From: Paecilomyces variotii
Taxonomy: Eukaryota
NCBI GenBank assembly: GCA_004022145.1
Contig: RCNU01000017.1
Reading direction: 5' to 3' (one strand)
DNA: 64,000 nt
Under the pieces are notes generated by a model. It saw only the letters and a list, made by a program, of their open reading frames with translations, was not told the origin of the DNA and searched no databases. Positions 1 through 15,500 of the stretch are shown piece after piece (position 1 is the first letter of the stretch; the number at the start of each line of letters is the position of its first letter). Both the position numbers and the translations under genes were made by a program.

Positions 1-14
1 CTATACTTTTCTAG

Positions 15-226
15 ATTATATAAGGAGTTATATAACCTTATAAAGATATCTTTAATATATAGCTTAATTTAAATTTAAGTTTCTTAAGCTATATTTTATT
101 TACTAAGCCTATCTATAATAGCCTGTTCTAGTTTAAATTAGCTAAATAGAGATCCTATAGCTAGTCTTAGTATTAATTACCTTATTCTATTTATTTTAAT
201 CTGCTCCCTAAGCCTATACCTTAATA
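15..226 (+). repeat. LTR of Gypsy family C (partial; 3' or solo LTR)
   Basis: Reverse complement of ~43493-43705, e.g. AGCCTATACCTTAATA versus TGTTAAGGTATAGGCT; ends in a RIP form of ...CCTTAACA at 226 and abuts Copia integrase sequence. Confidence 0.85.
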
Positions 227-3150
227 CTAATATTCTTATACTTTTAAATAATTAATTAATAGCTTAACTTTAATAAAGGCTTCCTCTAAAGATATTTAAA
301 CCCTATTAACTATTAGTCTATTTAATACTCTATTTCTAATATATATATTAGTTTAAGCTATTTTTATCTATAATTTAATTAGAAGGTTTAAATCTTTAAA
401 TATAGCTCTTATTCTTTTTTTAATAATCTAATATACTTATTTTATAGCTTTATTCTATATTAATATATATAAAATTATTAATTTATAATAAGTGCTAAAC
501 TATTTCTTCTAAATCTTAAAAAAATTCTTAAGTTTTAATATATTATTTAATTATATACTAAGAATTTAGAAACTTATTATTATCTTAACTTTTCTTTTCT
601 ATTTATTTAAAATAAGAGTAATATTAAATTTAGCTTTTATTAGAAATATTTATATTTTCCTTAAGAAATTATCTATAACTATTAAAAAGTAAATATATTT
701 ATTCTTAAACTCTAGCATTTAACTATATATATCTATATAGATAAATTTAAAAATACTAGCCTTTTATATATTAATAATCTTTCTTTTATTTCTAATATTA
801 GCTATAATATATATTATATATTAGTAGTCTATTACTATTTTAATAGGTTTCTTTAATATAATTAAATTATATAAGTTTTTAACTTTTTTAAGTTTAAAAT
901 AGCTAATTCTCCTATATTATAATTAATACTTCTTCTTAATTTTATTTTAATAAAATAAAGAAGTAATTTTATTTTAAAGATATTCTTTCTCTTAGTTTAT
1001 AATTATAATATTAAAGGCATTTTTAATAGATAGTAATATAATAAGCATATATTATAATTTTAATATTTAGTCTAAGAAAACTCTCTTAATAATATAGACT
1101 CTATATTTAATAGCACCTTAAATTATAACCTTATCTAATTTATTTAATATAGATATTATTCTTTTATTAAAATACCTATATATATTTAACTATTAGCAGA
1201 ATATCTTAATTAATAAGAAATTTGCCCTAAGGTTTAATATAAGTAATATATTTTCTAGGTTTAATCCCTTCCTATTCTTATCTCTTAAAATAGCTATCTC
1301 TATATATTTTAAATATAGGATCTCTCTGCCTATATAAATATACCTCTATTAAATTTAAATTAATAGTCCTTTAAAATAATAGTTCTTATTAATTATATAT
1401 AAACTAATATTACTATTTATATATTATTAGGATAAATTCTTACTAGTAATATTTTTTAAAAAATAGGCAATTTTATATAAGACTTAATTATTAAAAATAA
1501 CTAAAGTTAAGGATTTTAATTAAGATTAACTCTTCCTAGAGTCTAAGATTTCTTCTATCTTATATACCTTATACTTTCTATCTTTTAATCTCTTATTTTT
1601 TAAGAATTAAATCTCTTTATAAAATTTAGTAATTAAATCTATTATCTTTTTATCCTAGATAATAGGACTATTAGATATTTAAGAGACTTCTTTCTTTATC
1701 TTTAGTTATCTCTTATATTTTTCTAAGCAATAAATAAGAATAGATAGTCTTTAATATAATAATCTTTCTTACAGATATAGTATTTAATTAGGGTTTATTT
1801 ATTCTTAATAAAGAATATAGTAATTAGTTTTACTTAAAATTAGATTTTTACCTTCTTTAAAATACTTAGGATTTTATCTATATTTAAGCTTATTTATATA
1901 TTAATTACTATTCTAATAATAGTATACTCTTTAAGTAAGGCTAAAAATAGTTATTAAATCCTAGCTTTAAATTTAGCTAAAAAAGATATATTCTTATTAT
2001 ATACTTTAATTTTCTTTCTTATTAAGTTTAATTATCCCTAAATATTTAAAATTATCTATCTAGAAATTATTTAAAATTGCATATATTATTAAATAAGCTC
2101 ATATTTCTAGATAGAGAAGAATTATTTATATTTTATTTATAGTCCCTTCTATAGATTCTCTGCACTAGATAAATCTATAAAATTCTCCTAATTATTATCT
2201 AAGAGGCATTTAATAATCTAATATTATGTAATTATATTAATCTTTTTAAATATCTTCTTATTCTAGCTTTTCTTTTCTTCTTTAAATAATTTAATAATAT
2301 CTTAATAATCCTTACTAAGGAGCTATTTTTTTATATATAAGAACTATATCTTATAGTTCTTCCTTAAAAAAATAAAAACTAGTTTCTCCTTCTTATTATT
2401 CTTATCTTCTATTAAGAATATAATAATAATAGATTAATCCTCTAATCTTTAATAAAATCTAACTCTTATTAGGTTTAGTGCCTAATATAGTATTAAAACA
2501 GTCTTATTATAAGTTTTCTTATATAAGAATAGCTTATTATTACTAGTTTAAACTTAAATATTTAAAATAAAATAGTTTTTATTATATAGCTATTTCTCCT
2601 AAATTATTATAAATCTAGGCTTATAATTAATTAAAAAAAATAGGCTTAGATAGAATTCTTAGACTAATCTAATAGCTTAAAAAGCTAATAATACTTAAGG
2701 AAAAAGAGTATTAGCATATATAATAAATATAAAATATATCTCTCTATTTTTAATTAGGGCAATAAATTTTTTATAAAGGCTTAGGAAATAGTTTCTCTAA
2801 ACTGCCTAATTTTATTATAATAAAATTATTTTTAAAGATTTTCTTAGAGTAAAATCTTAATTACTTAAGAAATTACTAGTTTTAACTACTATTTTATAAC
2901 AGTCTTATTATTAAACTTAGCTATATTATTACTATTTAACTTAGACTTTATAAAGCTAAAGACTTTAAAATATTAAGAAAAAGAGCAGGAAGAGAAATAG
3001 AAGAAAAAATAAAAAAAAGAATTAATACTAGTAATTATAGACTTAGTAATATAGGCTAAAATTAAAGATATTATATTTAACTAGAAGGCCTTATTCTTAG
3101 CCTAATCCTTAATAGATATATTATTTACCTTATTAAGGACCTTATAATAA
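227..3150 (-). mobile_element. Ty1/Copia retrotransposon relic (gag, protease, integrase), RIP-degraded, cut by the family-C LTR
   Basis: De-RIPped minus-strand motifs in Copia order: CCHC knuckle CxxCKKDHxxxxC (~1742-1785), protease DSGASSHMT (~1390-1425), GAG-pre-integrase LWHRR (~905-925), integrase HIDICG (~722-745) and VVDDFSRK (~656-683). The right-hand (LTR) boundary is uncertain. Confidence 0.8.
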
Positions 3151-6100
3151 TACTTATAAGGTATTATATTAAGTATAAATACTTGCACAGCAGTTAGCAA
3201 ATTATATAAAATATATAATAGGGCTATAGTATAGATATAAAGATACTCCTTCTCTTTAAGTATAAAGTAACTAATTAGATTATTAGAGACTTAAAGAATA
3301 TATTCTATATTAATAGTAGGAAATATCTTTAGATTAAACTTTAAGCTAATTATAATTATTACCTAGAAAATAATATATTACTCTAAGTTATCTTTCTATA
3401 AAATATTCGCATTAACTATTTTATTACTATAATTATATATTATTAGCTATATATATAGCATTTAATACTTACTAATAGCTAGTAGCTTATAGATTATAGT
3501 TATAATATAAAATAGAGAAGGCTCTATTATTAGTAGCATATAATCTTTATATATATTAGATTTTAAGTTACTAGGTATTTTATAATATAATAATAAGTTA
3601 GTAATAAGTAAATATTAATTAGAAGAAAGAGCTTTTATAGGGTAAAATACTTAGTATAAATAGATAAAATAAGGTAGCCTTAATTTATTATTTTTATTAA
3701 TAAATATCCTTAATAGAATATAACTATATTATTTAAAAAGATTAAATTAAACTAATTATAGTACTCTATAGTAATAGGAAAACTATTAGGCTTAATAATT
3801 AGGCCTAGTAATAGTTTCTTTAAGCCCTAAGTAAATATCTATATAACTATTTACTTAATTATAATTTTAAGTATAGTATTAATAGCTAAGATATTAAAAA
3901 AAATAATATATATTAGAGGTTAATATAATGCTAAGTAGTAAGGATTCTAGTAAAGAAAAGTAAATAACAGAAAAAAAGAAGAATATTTAAAAAGATTAGA
4001 GGAGTTAGCAGGGGAGAATAATATATATATATTTTTACTTAAAGGAAAGTACGCCTAATTCTTTACCTACAGATTAATAAAATTAAATATTAATAATACT
4101 TATCTTCTGTTTAAATAGGTAAGAAAGGCCTAAGTATCTCTAGCTATATAATATTCTCTATAATTTAAGCAGTATTATTCTTCTTAAATAATATGCTAAG
4201 TCTCTAAGCTAATATTATTCTTAATATAGCAATATATAGCTAATTATAGCTAAATATAAATATTTACAGATTTACTCTAATATAATAAAGTAATTAATTC
4301 TAAGCCTTATTAATAGTTATAGTAAAGGCTAATTTAACTAAGAACTATATATAAGTTAAAAGAAATAGAAACTTACTATTCTTAAATAAGAGCTTAAACT
4401 ATAATAAAAGATATTAATTATCTTTAAACCTACCTATAATAATCTTAACCTCTAAATAATAGTATTAGATACTAATAATAATAAGATAAGTTCTATTATA
4501 TATATTATACTATAGGTTATAGTTTTATATAAGTATTATTAATATACTTATCTTTAACTATAAATTGCTTAAAAATAATAAAGAAGAGTAAAGGCTTTGT
4601 AAAAACTCTATAATATACTCCTTATTTAACTTACTATTATTATTATATTTATTTAATAATAAAAGATATATTTCTTAGCTAGGCAGGTAAGTAAGTAATA
4701 TCTTATTAAACTTATTAATATTAATATTATATAGAGTTAAAATAGTATAATCTTAAAATAAAGCTAGACTTATAGCTAAATTAGCTATTATTTAAAAATA
4801 CTTTATAGAGTAAACTAACTCTAAGAATATATTTAATTTATATATTGCCTAAATATACTAGAGTAAAGAAATTAGGCTAGTTATAATAAGATTATAGTTA
4901 AGATCTATTAGCTATTATACTAAATAGTAATTCTCTTTATAAATAAACTATAAGTATATATTATTAATTAAAGAAATAATCTCTAAATATAACTAAATTA
5001 TAGTATATTATAGATAAATTATTATAATATTTATATAATTACTGCTAAGTATAATAGATAAGATTTATTAAAAATTATTACTAAAAATAGTAAGAATCTT
5101 ACTAAATAGCTAACCTCTACTAGATATATTATTATAAATATTATAAAGCATTTAGTTAATAATATTAAAGATATAGTAATTAACTATAAGAGTCTTATTC
5201 TAAATAATTAGAAATATTTACTATATTAGCTTTACTATACTTATTCTTCGCCTAATATTATAACTTAAGTCTTTATTATATAATATAAAGACTTAAAAAT
5301 ATTTATAAGTAATATACTTATTAAAGAGAAGTAATAATATAATTTTTATAAAAATAATATAAAGGATAATTAAGCTATAGGAATAGTAATATTTAGCTAG
5401 TATATTATATAAATAAGTCTTGCCTATAGTAAATAGAGATATTAGTATTAGAGTTATATAGTAAAAAAGAGAATCTTATTAATACTACTAAGGCTATATA
5501 AGAAAAATCTTACTATTATAGAATTCTCCTTAATAGCCTTAATAATATATAAAAAGGCTATACTACCCTTTATTAAGTAATATAAAGCAGCGCTTAAAAG
5601 TACTATATTACTTAATATAGTTATATATAAGCTCTTCTTATAGCTTCTAGTAAGTATTTAATATTTATAATAACTAATTATACTATATTAAAGGTAATTT
5701 ATAGTTTAGTAAAGTCTTATTAACCTATATTATAGTCTGCTAAATATATTATAGTATAAGATTTTTATATAAATTATTATTAGGGGAGTTAAATAAAAAG
5801 TATATATACTAAATATATATTAATAAATTATTATTAATTAAGTTACTAAAATACTTTTAAATAGTAATAGCTAAATTACGTATTAAAGGCATATATATTA
5901 AAGCTATAGTAAATATTATATAAAGAATCTTACCTATTTAGAAGATAATAATATTTTTAAAATATTTTACTTACTTATTCTTATAATTAATAATACTAAA
6001 TATATAGTAGGCCTCTTAGAAAGTAGAATAAATAATATTACCTATTATATAAATAGCTTTATAGCTTAAAGGGCTAAGAATAATTATTAATAAATAATAT

Positions 6101-6776
6101 AAATAATAAGCCTTATCTTAATAAAGAGTTAGAGAATAAATTTATTCTATTTAAAAGCCTTTTTAATATAGCTTCTATTTATTTTTCTCCTAGATAAAAT
6201 ACTGTAGCATATTAATATAGAAATACTTCTCTATTATAGGGTTTTTATAATAATACTTAAAGAATTCTAAGAAATAGGTTATTTTATTATTAAGTATTTA
6301 CTAAACCTTATCTATAAGGATATTAGCATTATATATAATATCTTACTTATCTTTATTATATATTACTAATATTATAACTAAAGGCTTTATATTATTTATA
6401 TAATATTTTATAAGGCGTTAAATTATCTCTAATATATTTAAATACTGCCTATTAATAAATTTTTTTATTTTATTAAAGCTAAACTTAACTATAAAGTAAT
6501 TTAGCCTCTTATAGAAATACTTATAAAGATAGTAAATTATCTTAATACTGCTATATAATTTAATATTAATATAGGCAATATATTTCTAGCTTAAGTAGGG
6601 GTTATAGAGAATTATTTATTTATTACTTATCTTTAAAAACTCTTATAATTAAATAAAGTACTTAACTTTAATTTATATAGTATTATAATAGCAATATTAT
6701 AAATAGCTATTCTTTATAATCTTAATAATATTATAGAAAGGCTTAGAGAAGTATTTAAAATAAGTTTAAATATTAT

Positions 6777-7133
6777 TATTATAAACTAAGGCTATAATAC
6801 TTAATCTAGACCTGCTAAGACTTAAGATAAATAATAAAGGATAATAAGATAACTAAATCTATATATAATAGTTAAATTAGCTAGTTATAGATAGAGCTAT
6901 TAAGACTAGATTATTTAGATAACTTAATAGAACAGATAAACAGATAAATAACTCTTAAAAAAATAGAAGTTAAATAAATTAGCAATTTATTCTAATTATT
7001 ACTAGACCTAACCTTTAACTCTATTATATATAGACGGCTACTTGCCTATATCTCTATCTCTTATCTTATATTCTATTTAACTAGTTTAACTAATTACCTT
7101 TAATAAAGAGCTTTCTTACCCTAGCTCTTTATA
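6777..7133 (+). repeat. 5' LTR of A-left
   Basis: TATTATAAAC...CTCTTTATA is the RIP form of TGTCATAAAC...CTCTTTACA; matches the other three family-A LTRs. Confidence 0.93.
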
Positions 7134-7156
7134 GTTTAAATTATTTAACTAATAAT

Positions 7157-10100
7157 ATAATAAGAAGAGAAAAAATATTAAGAAATAGTACTAGAGATTA
7201 GTATAGAGAATCTAAATATAATCTAAAGCTTAGCGCTTAACTTAAACTAGCAAATACTACTAATTCTAAGTAATTAAAATTAATAAATAATACTAGTCCT
7301 AATTAGCTTAAACTAATAACTATTATAGGCCTAGGAAATTTAATAAATTTAAAAAATATTATAGACTTTAAGATTTAATAAGAATTAAATATTATTAGTG
7401 CTAGACTTATTATTTTATTAAGTTCTTAATATTAAGTTAATAGTATAGTAATAAAAGCTTTATAAAATATAACTTAAGGATTATTAAAAAAGATAAATAT
7501 AGCTGCAGTTATAGAACTAATAAAATAAATAAATATAGCTCTTAAATCTAGGTCTATTATTAAATTACTTAAACCTTATTAATATTAAGCTAAGAATCTT
7601 AATACTTACTATTATTAGTACTACTATATAGACTAATATTTTATTTATAACATATTAATATTTTAAACTAAAGCTAATAAAGTAAACTATACTACTATAT
7701 TGCTTTTAAATAACTATAAAATAGCTTAAAATTATAGATCTCTTACTTTAGCTATAACTTTATAGTAGAGATTTTAATAATAGCTATTAAATTATCTTAA
7801 GGATTTATAATATTAACCCTAAATAACTGCTATATAATTTTAAAGGCTAAAATAATAGCTAAAATAAATTACTTAAGAATTTTATAATAAATTTAAGCTT
7901 TATAGAGCTAAATTAGCCTTAGAAAATAATATCTAGAGCTAAATCTTCTTCTTTATATTATAAGAAGATATATAGAACTAATTATTTAAATATATATATA
8001 TTCTAACTAATTTAGACTAATTAGCTTTTAAAGCTATAATTATTAAATAAAGTCTTAAAAACTCTATTAAATCTTAATTAAAAGACTTTAAGAAAAAGGA
8101 ATAATCTTAACCTTATATAAGAGAAAAAGATTAATTTTATTTATATATATAGGACAAGCAGAAGAATAAATTATTTTAATTAACCTTTATAAAGACTTAT
8201 TTAAAATATAAGAAAGGAGGTTTAAATCTTTAGAAAAATAAGAATAGTTAATAAAAGAAGAGTAATACTTTAATTATAAGAAGAATAAATATATTAATAA
8301 ATAGTATCTTAATAAGATAAGGAAGGATTTAAAACTTCTTAAAGATAATTAGATAAAGATATTAGGCTTAGTATATTTTAGCGCCTTAAAGATATAGAGC
8401 TAAAGTTTATAACTTTAGTAGGTATATTAATTAAGGGTTATATTATAAAAATAAATATACTTCTTAATTTTTAAGCATATGCTAACTTTATTAATTATAA
8501 CTTTTTATTATATTATAAATATAAGAGGTTTTTATAAAAGCTAGTAGGTTATGCCTTATAAATAGGAGATTAAATAATATTAATTTATAGCTATTTCTCT
8601 ATTATTATTAAGGTAAAGGACTTAGAGAAAAAGATAAAATATTATAAGATTAACTTCTAGATTATTTTTATATAGGAATCTAATATAGTTAAAAAAATTA
8701 GAATATAATCTTAAGATTACTATAGTTATACTATAATAATCCTATTATAGATTAAAAATGCTTAACTTAAAGATATTAGTAAGAGGCTTTATTTTAGGTT
8801 AAGATTTAAACCCTATAAGTATTTATAGAGATAGTATAAAATTAATTAATTTATTATATATAAAAAGAATATATTAAAATAGATATAAAAGAAATTTAAC
8901 TTCCCTTATATTATATATAATTTTAAGATATCTTTTTAGAAGAGAGAGCTAAAATATTATCTCTGCTAGAAGATACTAAGATTTATATAATTAATCTAAT
9001 TAATAGCAAGTTACTACTATAAAGGCCTTTATACCTATACTTTATTAGAGAACTAGATATATTATAAAGATATCTAAAAGATATATAATAATAAGGTTAA
9101 ATCTAGGTTTTAATTAGCTTAGCTAAATTATTAATTATTTTTATTTTTAAAAAAGATAATAAATTATGCTTATATATTAATTATTAAGGATTAAATGCCT
9201 AAATAATTAAGAATTACTACTTATTATTATAAATAAATAAGACATTAAATTAATTAATAAGTATAAAATTTTTTATAAAACTTAATTTTTAAGAAGCTTA
9301 TTATAAAATCTATATATAAAAGAGAGATAAATAGAAGATAGTATTTAGAACTAGATATAGCTATTTTAAATATCTTATTATATTATTTAAACTATATAAT
9401 ACTCCGGCTATATTTTAAGCTTATATTAATATAGTATTAAGGGGCCTATTAAATATCTACTATATTATATACTTAAACAATATCTTAATCTTCTTAATAA
9501 ATAAGAAAGAATATAAATAGCATATCTCTAAAATGCTAAGAAAATTTTATAAATATAATTTATATATAAAGCTAAGTAAATATAAATTTTATAAGAAAGA
9601 AGTTTCTTTTTTTAAATTTATTATAAGATATAATAAAATTAAGATAAATTTCTTTAAGATTAAAATAATTTATAATTAGCTTATACTAAAAACTTTTTAT
9701 AATATTTAAGTCTTTTTAAGATTTATAAGTTTTTTTAAGAGATTTATCTATAATTATTTCTCTATTATAATACTATTAATAGACTTACTTAAGGATAGTA
9801 AGAATAATAAGAAGATAGGCTTATTAAAATAAATACTTAAAATATAAAAAGTATTTAAAAATTTAAAAACTATATTTATTAAACTGCTAATATTATAGTA
9901 TTATAATTTAAAAAAGCTAATTATAATAGCTATAAATACCTTAAGATTTGCTTTAGCTATTATTTTATTATAGCTTATAAATAAGGTAATAGAGTAATAA
10001 TACCTAATTATATATTTCTTAAGAAAATTTACTAAAATTAAATATTAATATAAAGTATATAACTAAGAACTATTAGTAATAATTAAAGCTTTTAAGTATT

Positions 10101-10935
10101 AGAGATACTATTTAAATAGCAATAAATACCCTGCTTAAATATAAACTAATTATATAAACCTATACTACTTCTTTATAATAAAGACTTTAAATAATAAATA
10201 AATAAGATAGGCAGAGTTATTAGTAGGCTATAACTTTTATATTAAATATAAGCTAGATTATTTAAATATAGCTAATATATTATCTTAGAGACTAAATTAT
10301 AAACTCTTAGAGAAAAAGCAGAAAATTAGACTATTATTTACCCTATAGAAGAAACTAAAACTATATACTTTAAATAAAGAAGATAATATAGGTAGTTATA
10401 AATATTTACTACTAAAACTATTAGTATTAAAGATTATTAATAGGGAGATAATTTAAAATCTTTTAAAGCCTAATCTTCTAGAATTACTTAAGTAGCTCTA
10501 GTAAAGGGACGCCTTTATACTAAAGAAGATTAATAATTTAAAGACTAATTAATCTAGAAGCTTTAAATAGATTATAAATAATAAGAGTCTGCTATAAAGA
10601 TAAGATTAAATTTATATTTTAAATAAATATTTACTAAAGTAAGAATTATTATAAATTTATTATAATAATCTATATATTAGCTATTAAAGAGTTAGAACTA
10701 TAAAAAAACTACTTAAGTAAAAATTTTATTAGCTAAATATATAGAATAATATATAGAAATATATAAAGACTTATAATATCTATAAAAAGAATAAAGTTCT
10801 TAAATATAAGCTATATAAATAGTTAAGCTTATTACTTATAGCAGAAAGACTCTAGCAGAGTATATTAATAGACTTTATTATTAGCCTGCTACTATTAACT
10901 TAATAGAGAGTTAAATATAATGCGATCCTAGTAAT
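7157..10935 (+). pseudogene. gag-pol of A-left (gag, PR, RT, RNase H, integrase N-terminus), RIP-inactivated and truncated
   Basis: Colinear with minus-strand 55064-51292; ends at the deletion junction inside the integrase core. Confidence 0.85.
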
Positions 10936-11758
10936 AAAGACATTTCGTGTTAATATAAGGACAGATATACTATTGCTTTAAATCTTATACTAGGGCCTTT
11001 AAATAGTAAAGATATATCTCCTATAAGATAGGAGAAAAGTCTTTAATTAAACTCTCTAGGCTAAAAAGATTTATAATAGAGTCTATCTTAAAGGCAGTAA
11101 GATAATTTATTATTATATTAGTATTAGCAATAATAATTAATATTATTATTTTAATAAGAGCTAGATTAATCTAAGAAGGAGATATTTTAATAATAATCTT
11201 AACTCTGGTAATAAAAGTTATAATAATATCTTAGGTTTTTTAAGTCTCTATATTAAGAACCTCCTTTATTTTTAATCTTTTTTATAGTTTTTTAATTAAT
11301 TAAATAAGAGTTTTTTTTATTATAAGTATAATAAGAGTAATATTATTATAACTATATTTTAATCTCTAAAAAAAATATAATAAATTAGCCTATACCTCCT
11401 TATATATAAGAGGAATTATATTGCTAAATATAAACTAATCCCTATATATTTTAGATAAGAGATACTCTTTTATTAGAGAGTTCTCTATAAATAATCTTAG
11501 TAAAGATACTTTACTACTATTATTAATAGCGGTAAATAAAGTAATCTATAAAAAAGAAGTTATTAATTCTAATATTATATTAGTAATTAAAGATATAAGA
11601 GAGAGAGATAGTTTATTAAGCTGCTTATTATTTATATTAAGCTAATAATTAAATAGATAATCTTTAGTTAATAGCTATAATAGCTTAGGGCTAGCTATAG
11701 AGGCCTTATTAAGAAAGCCTAGAATAAATAAAATATGCTTAAAGCGCTTAAAAGATAT
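10932..11758 (-). pseudogene. N-terminal part of the family-A antisense ORF (second copy)
   Basis: Reverse complement aligns to 48803-49630; keeps TGT codons at 10961-10963 and 10940-10942. Confidence 0.7.
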
Positions 11759-12168
11759 TATTATATTAATTAGCACTATTATATAAACTTAAAAGATTAT
11801 AACTTATATTAAGCATATATACAGGATTTATAAAAAAAATAACTTAAAAATTCTATTTTTAATACGCCTATATAATTATTAGCTATTTCTATATTTAAAT
11901 TATTAAAAGCAGTTTTAAATAAACTGTAGAAATAAGAAAAGAATAGCTTAATATATAGATAAGAAAATAAGAATTAGTTAGTAAAAAATAGAAATACTCC
12001 TAATCTCCTAGATAAAAATATTAAAATAAAGCTAATATTAGATAAATTTATATAATAAATATATTTTAATAATAACTTACTACTATTACTATAGTTATAC
12101 TTAAATATTTAAATCTATATAATAAACTTTATATAGCTTAAGATAAGCCTTTTAATAAGGGGAAATAT

Positions 12169-12525
12169 TATTATAAACTAGAGCTATAATATTTAATCTA
12201 GACCTACTAAAACCTAGGATAAATAATAAAAGATAATAAGATAATTAGATCTATGTATAATAGTTAAATTAGCTAATTATAAATAGAGCTATTAAGATTA
12301 AATTATCTAGATAATCTAGTAGAATAAATAGATAGATAAATAACTCTTAAAGAAATAAAAATTAAATAGATTAGTAATTTATTCTAATTATTACTAGACT
12401 TAATCTTTAACTTTATTATATATAGACAGTTACTCGCCTGTATCTCTACCTCTTATCTTATATTCTGTTTAACTAGTCTGACTAGTTACTTCTGATAAAG
12501 AGCTTTCTTACTCTAGCTCTTTATA
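12169..12525 (+). repeat. 3' LTR of A-left
   Basis: Direct repeat of 6777-7133, preceded by the purine tract AAGGGGAAATAT. Confidence 0.93.
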
Positions 12526-15500
12526 ATTATTAACCTTCTTTATATAAATAGCTATTAGGTTATAATTATTATATAATTAGTATATTATTATCTTTATAAC
12601 TATTATATATAATTACTTATTATTATAACTATTAATAGGCAGAATCTCTACTAAGATTACCTTATTAAGAGTAAATAGATTAAGGAATTACTAACTACTA
12701 TTTACCTATAGAAGGATATAAATATAGAGAAGTCTTTATTTCTAATACTTAATTATAAAGATATAGGCTTTATATTAACTAAAGATATCTCGCTTAATAA
12801 TATTATCTAAAAGATAGTTTAGCTTTATTTAAAATACTTATATAATTAAATTAAGATAAGTATAAGTATCTTAAATTAGAACCCTAGTATTATCTTAAAT
12901 AAGCTTATTCTTAATCTTTACCTAATATAGATTTACTATAAATATAATAAAGAAAGTAAGCTTATTATATTATATTATAATAGCTATAAAATTATAATAA
13001 TACTTTTAATAATAATATATACTTTTTATAAATATTACTAGTAGAATTACTTATTAGCTTATTTTAGCAGATATTAACTAATTAAGTAAACTCTTATATA
13101 GTTTTTAAGCATAAGTACTTAACTATATCTAAGAGTATTTCTTAGTATATAGCTTAGGCTAATTTCTCTATATAAAATCTAGTTTTCTTTTCTTAATTAT
13201 AATATAGATATTAATAATAAACTACTAAAAGAAATTAGCATTTTAATATAGAATATTAAATAAACCTTTACGTAAGTATATTAACTACTATACCTATATT
13301 TAATTAATTAGCCTATTTTATTAATAAGGATTATCTTAATCTATTATCTTAATTAATTATATAGCCTAATAATAGCCTATTCTATTATTAAGGTAGAAGA
13401 GAATATAATAAAGTAAGAGATATAGAGAATAGATATAATAAATATTTATTAAATATTAATTATTACCTATATTACAGAGAGCCTTTAGGATATAAAGATT
13501 AATAACCCCTAAAATATTAGATAGCAGTTATTTATTAGGCATATAATTAAAATAGAGGCAGATATTATAAAAGCTAGCTTAAGAATATTTACTTAATATA
13601 TCTAGACTTACTAGTATAGCTAGCATATTAGGGATAAACCTAATAACCTTATAAGCAGATATAACTAGATTAAACTATTAATTACTGCTATTTAAAATAA
13701 TAATATATATCTATATATTTAACTGAAGTAAATCTAAAGAGAGAGTTCTTATAATATTCTTAGTATAGTAAAATAATATATAGAATAGATTTAACTTATA
13801 GATACTATAGTTTAATTATTTTATAATAACTATAGCCTGCTAATATAAGATTAAATTATTTTAAATATAGATCTTATAGGTAAAGGAAGAATTAAGAAGG
13901 TAAAAGCTAATATAAATAAGGTTAGCATCTATAAATAAGAGATATATATTAGTATATATATAATATAATAATGCAGGGCTTATATCTTATTAGCTAGAGG
14001 CCTTTAGTAGTAATATATAGTTTTATTAATCTAAAAGATATAATTTAATTTATTTAAGCCTAGATAATTATCTCAGTTATAGCTAATAGAAATAAATACT
14101 AGAGAGTAGTTTAATTAGTAAATATAGGACTAAAATAGCTTTAAATTAATATTATTTATACTAAAATAATAATAGAATTTAGTATTTAAAAAAGCTAAAA
14201 TAGAATTTAAATATATAGAGCCCTTTTTACAGCATATATTAAAGAATATATTATATAAAATTATAATTTTATAATACTAATAAAGAATACTATAAAAGAA
14301 ATAGATTTAATCTATTTACCCTAGATTTAATATATCTTATTCTTTAATATAAGAAGAAAAGGTAATAAAAATATCTTATATATACTAATACCGCTTATAA
14401 TAGATATTATAATAATAATACCTGCGCTAGTCCTTAAGAAGAAATATATAATATATATAATAGATTAAGTTAGATAAAAAGCTTAAGCTTATACTTATAT
14501 TTTATATTTATACTTATAGTTAAGCCTTATAATAATCTAACTAGCATTAATAATAATTAATATAGATATTATAAGATAAGGATATTACTATTTAATATAT
14601 ATTACAGTTCTATAAGACCTATAAGGTTACTAATAATATAAGTATAGAATTAGTTAAGTAATAATTAGCATAGTAACTAGTATAATAGTTTAAATATTTA
14701 TTATATTTATTAAAAGCAGATATTTAATTATTATAAGAAGTATAATACTTATAATCTATAAATAATTATAGTATACTATTATAAATAGTTATTTAATAAT
14801 CTATATATTTAATATATTAGCAAAGAATAAGTTTATAGATAGGCTCTATATATTGCCTATAATAAGTATTAAGGATAAGTATAAGCATAGGTATAAAGAT
14901 AAGTAAAGAAGCAGATATTAATAATAAATATTAAAGATTTAAAATAAATATATATTATAAAGGCACTAGTAGCCGCTATTAATATATAAAATAGCCTAGT
15001 ACTATAGTAAACTCTAAAGGATTATAATATTATAAAGTAAAAATAGAGATAAATCTTATAGATAAAGTATTTCTTATAATAGAAGTAAAATATATATATA
15101 TTTATAAAATAAATTAAATATTAAGATAATAATTAATACTTAATCCCTATAATTAAAAAGAGTAATAGACTATAATTATAATAATAAATAATGCCTAATA
15201 TCTAGAAGAAGCTATTAATAACACTAAATAAAGATATAGAGCATATAATTATAAAAGATTAGAAGAATAGCATATAGTAGAAATAAAAAGTTAAAAATAA
15301 AGAGTATTTAGTATATACTATTAAAGGCAGTATAAAAAATTTAGGCAGAAAAGCAATTTTAATAGGATATAAAAGCTTATATACAGGTGCAGGAAGTACC
15401 TAAAATAAAAGATAGTATACCTAAAATAGTAAGCAGTTAGCTTAAAACCGCAAGCGGTATAGAATAGCAGCAGCAGAACAGATGTTAAAGCGTGCATTTT

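Larger units (their letters stand above)
6777..12525 (+). mobile_element. Ty3/Gypsy family A, left copy, with a ~1.67 kb internal deletion
   Basis: 357-bp LTRs at 6777-7133 and 12169-12525; TSD ATTAT at 6772-6776 and 12526-12530; RIP-eroded PPT before 12169; colinear with the reverse complement of 48021-55459; RT YLDD remnant at ~9470-9481. Confidence 0.93.

Noticed and set aside
1-15400. AT-rich DNA as a mitochondrial insertion or contaminant
   Set aside because: It has LTR pairs, TSDs, retrotransposon motifs and a RIP-type TpA bias; no mitochondrial genes were seen.
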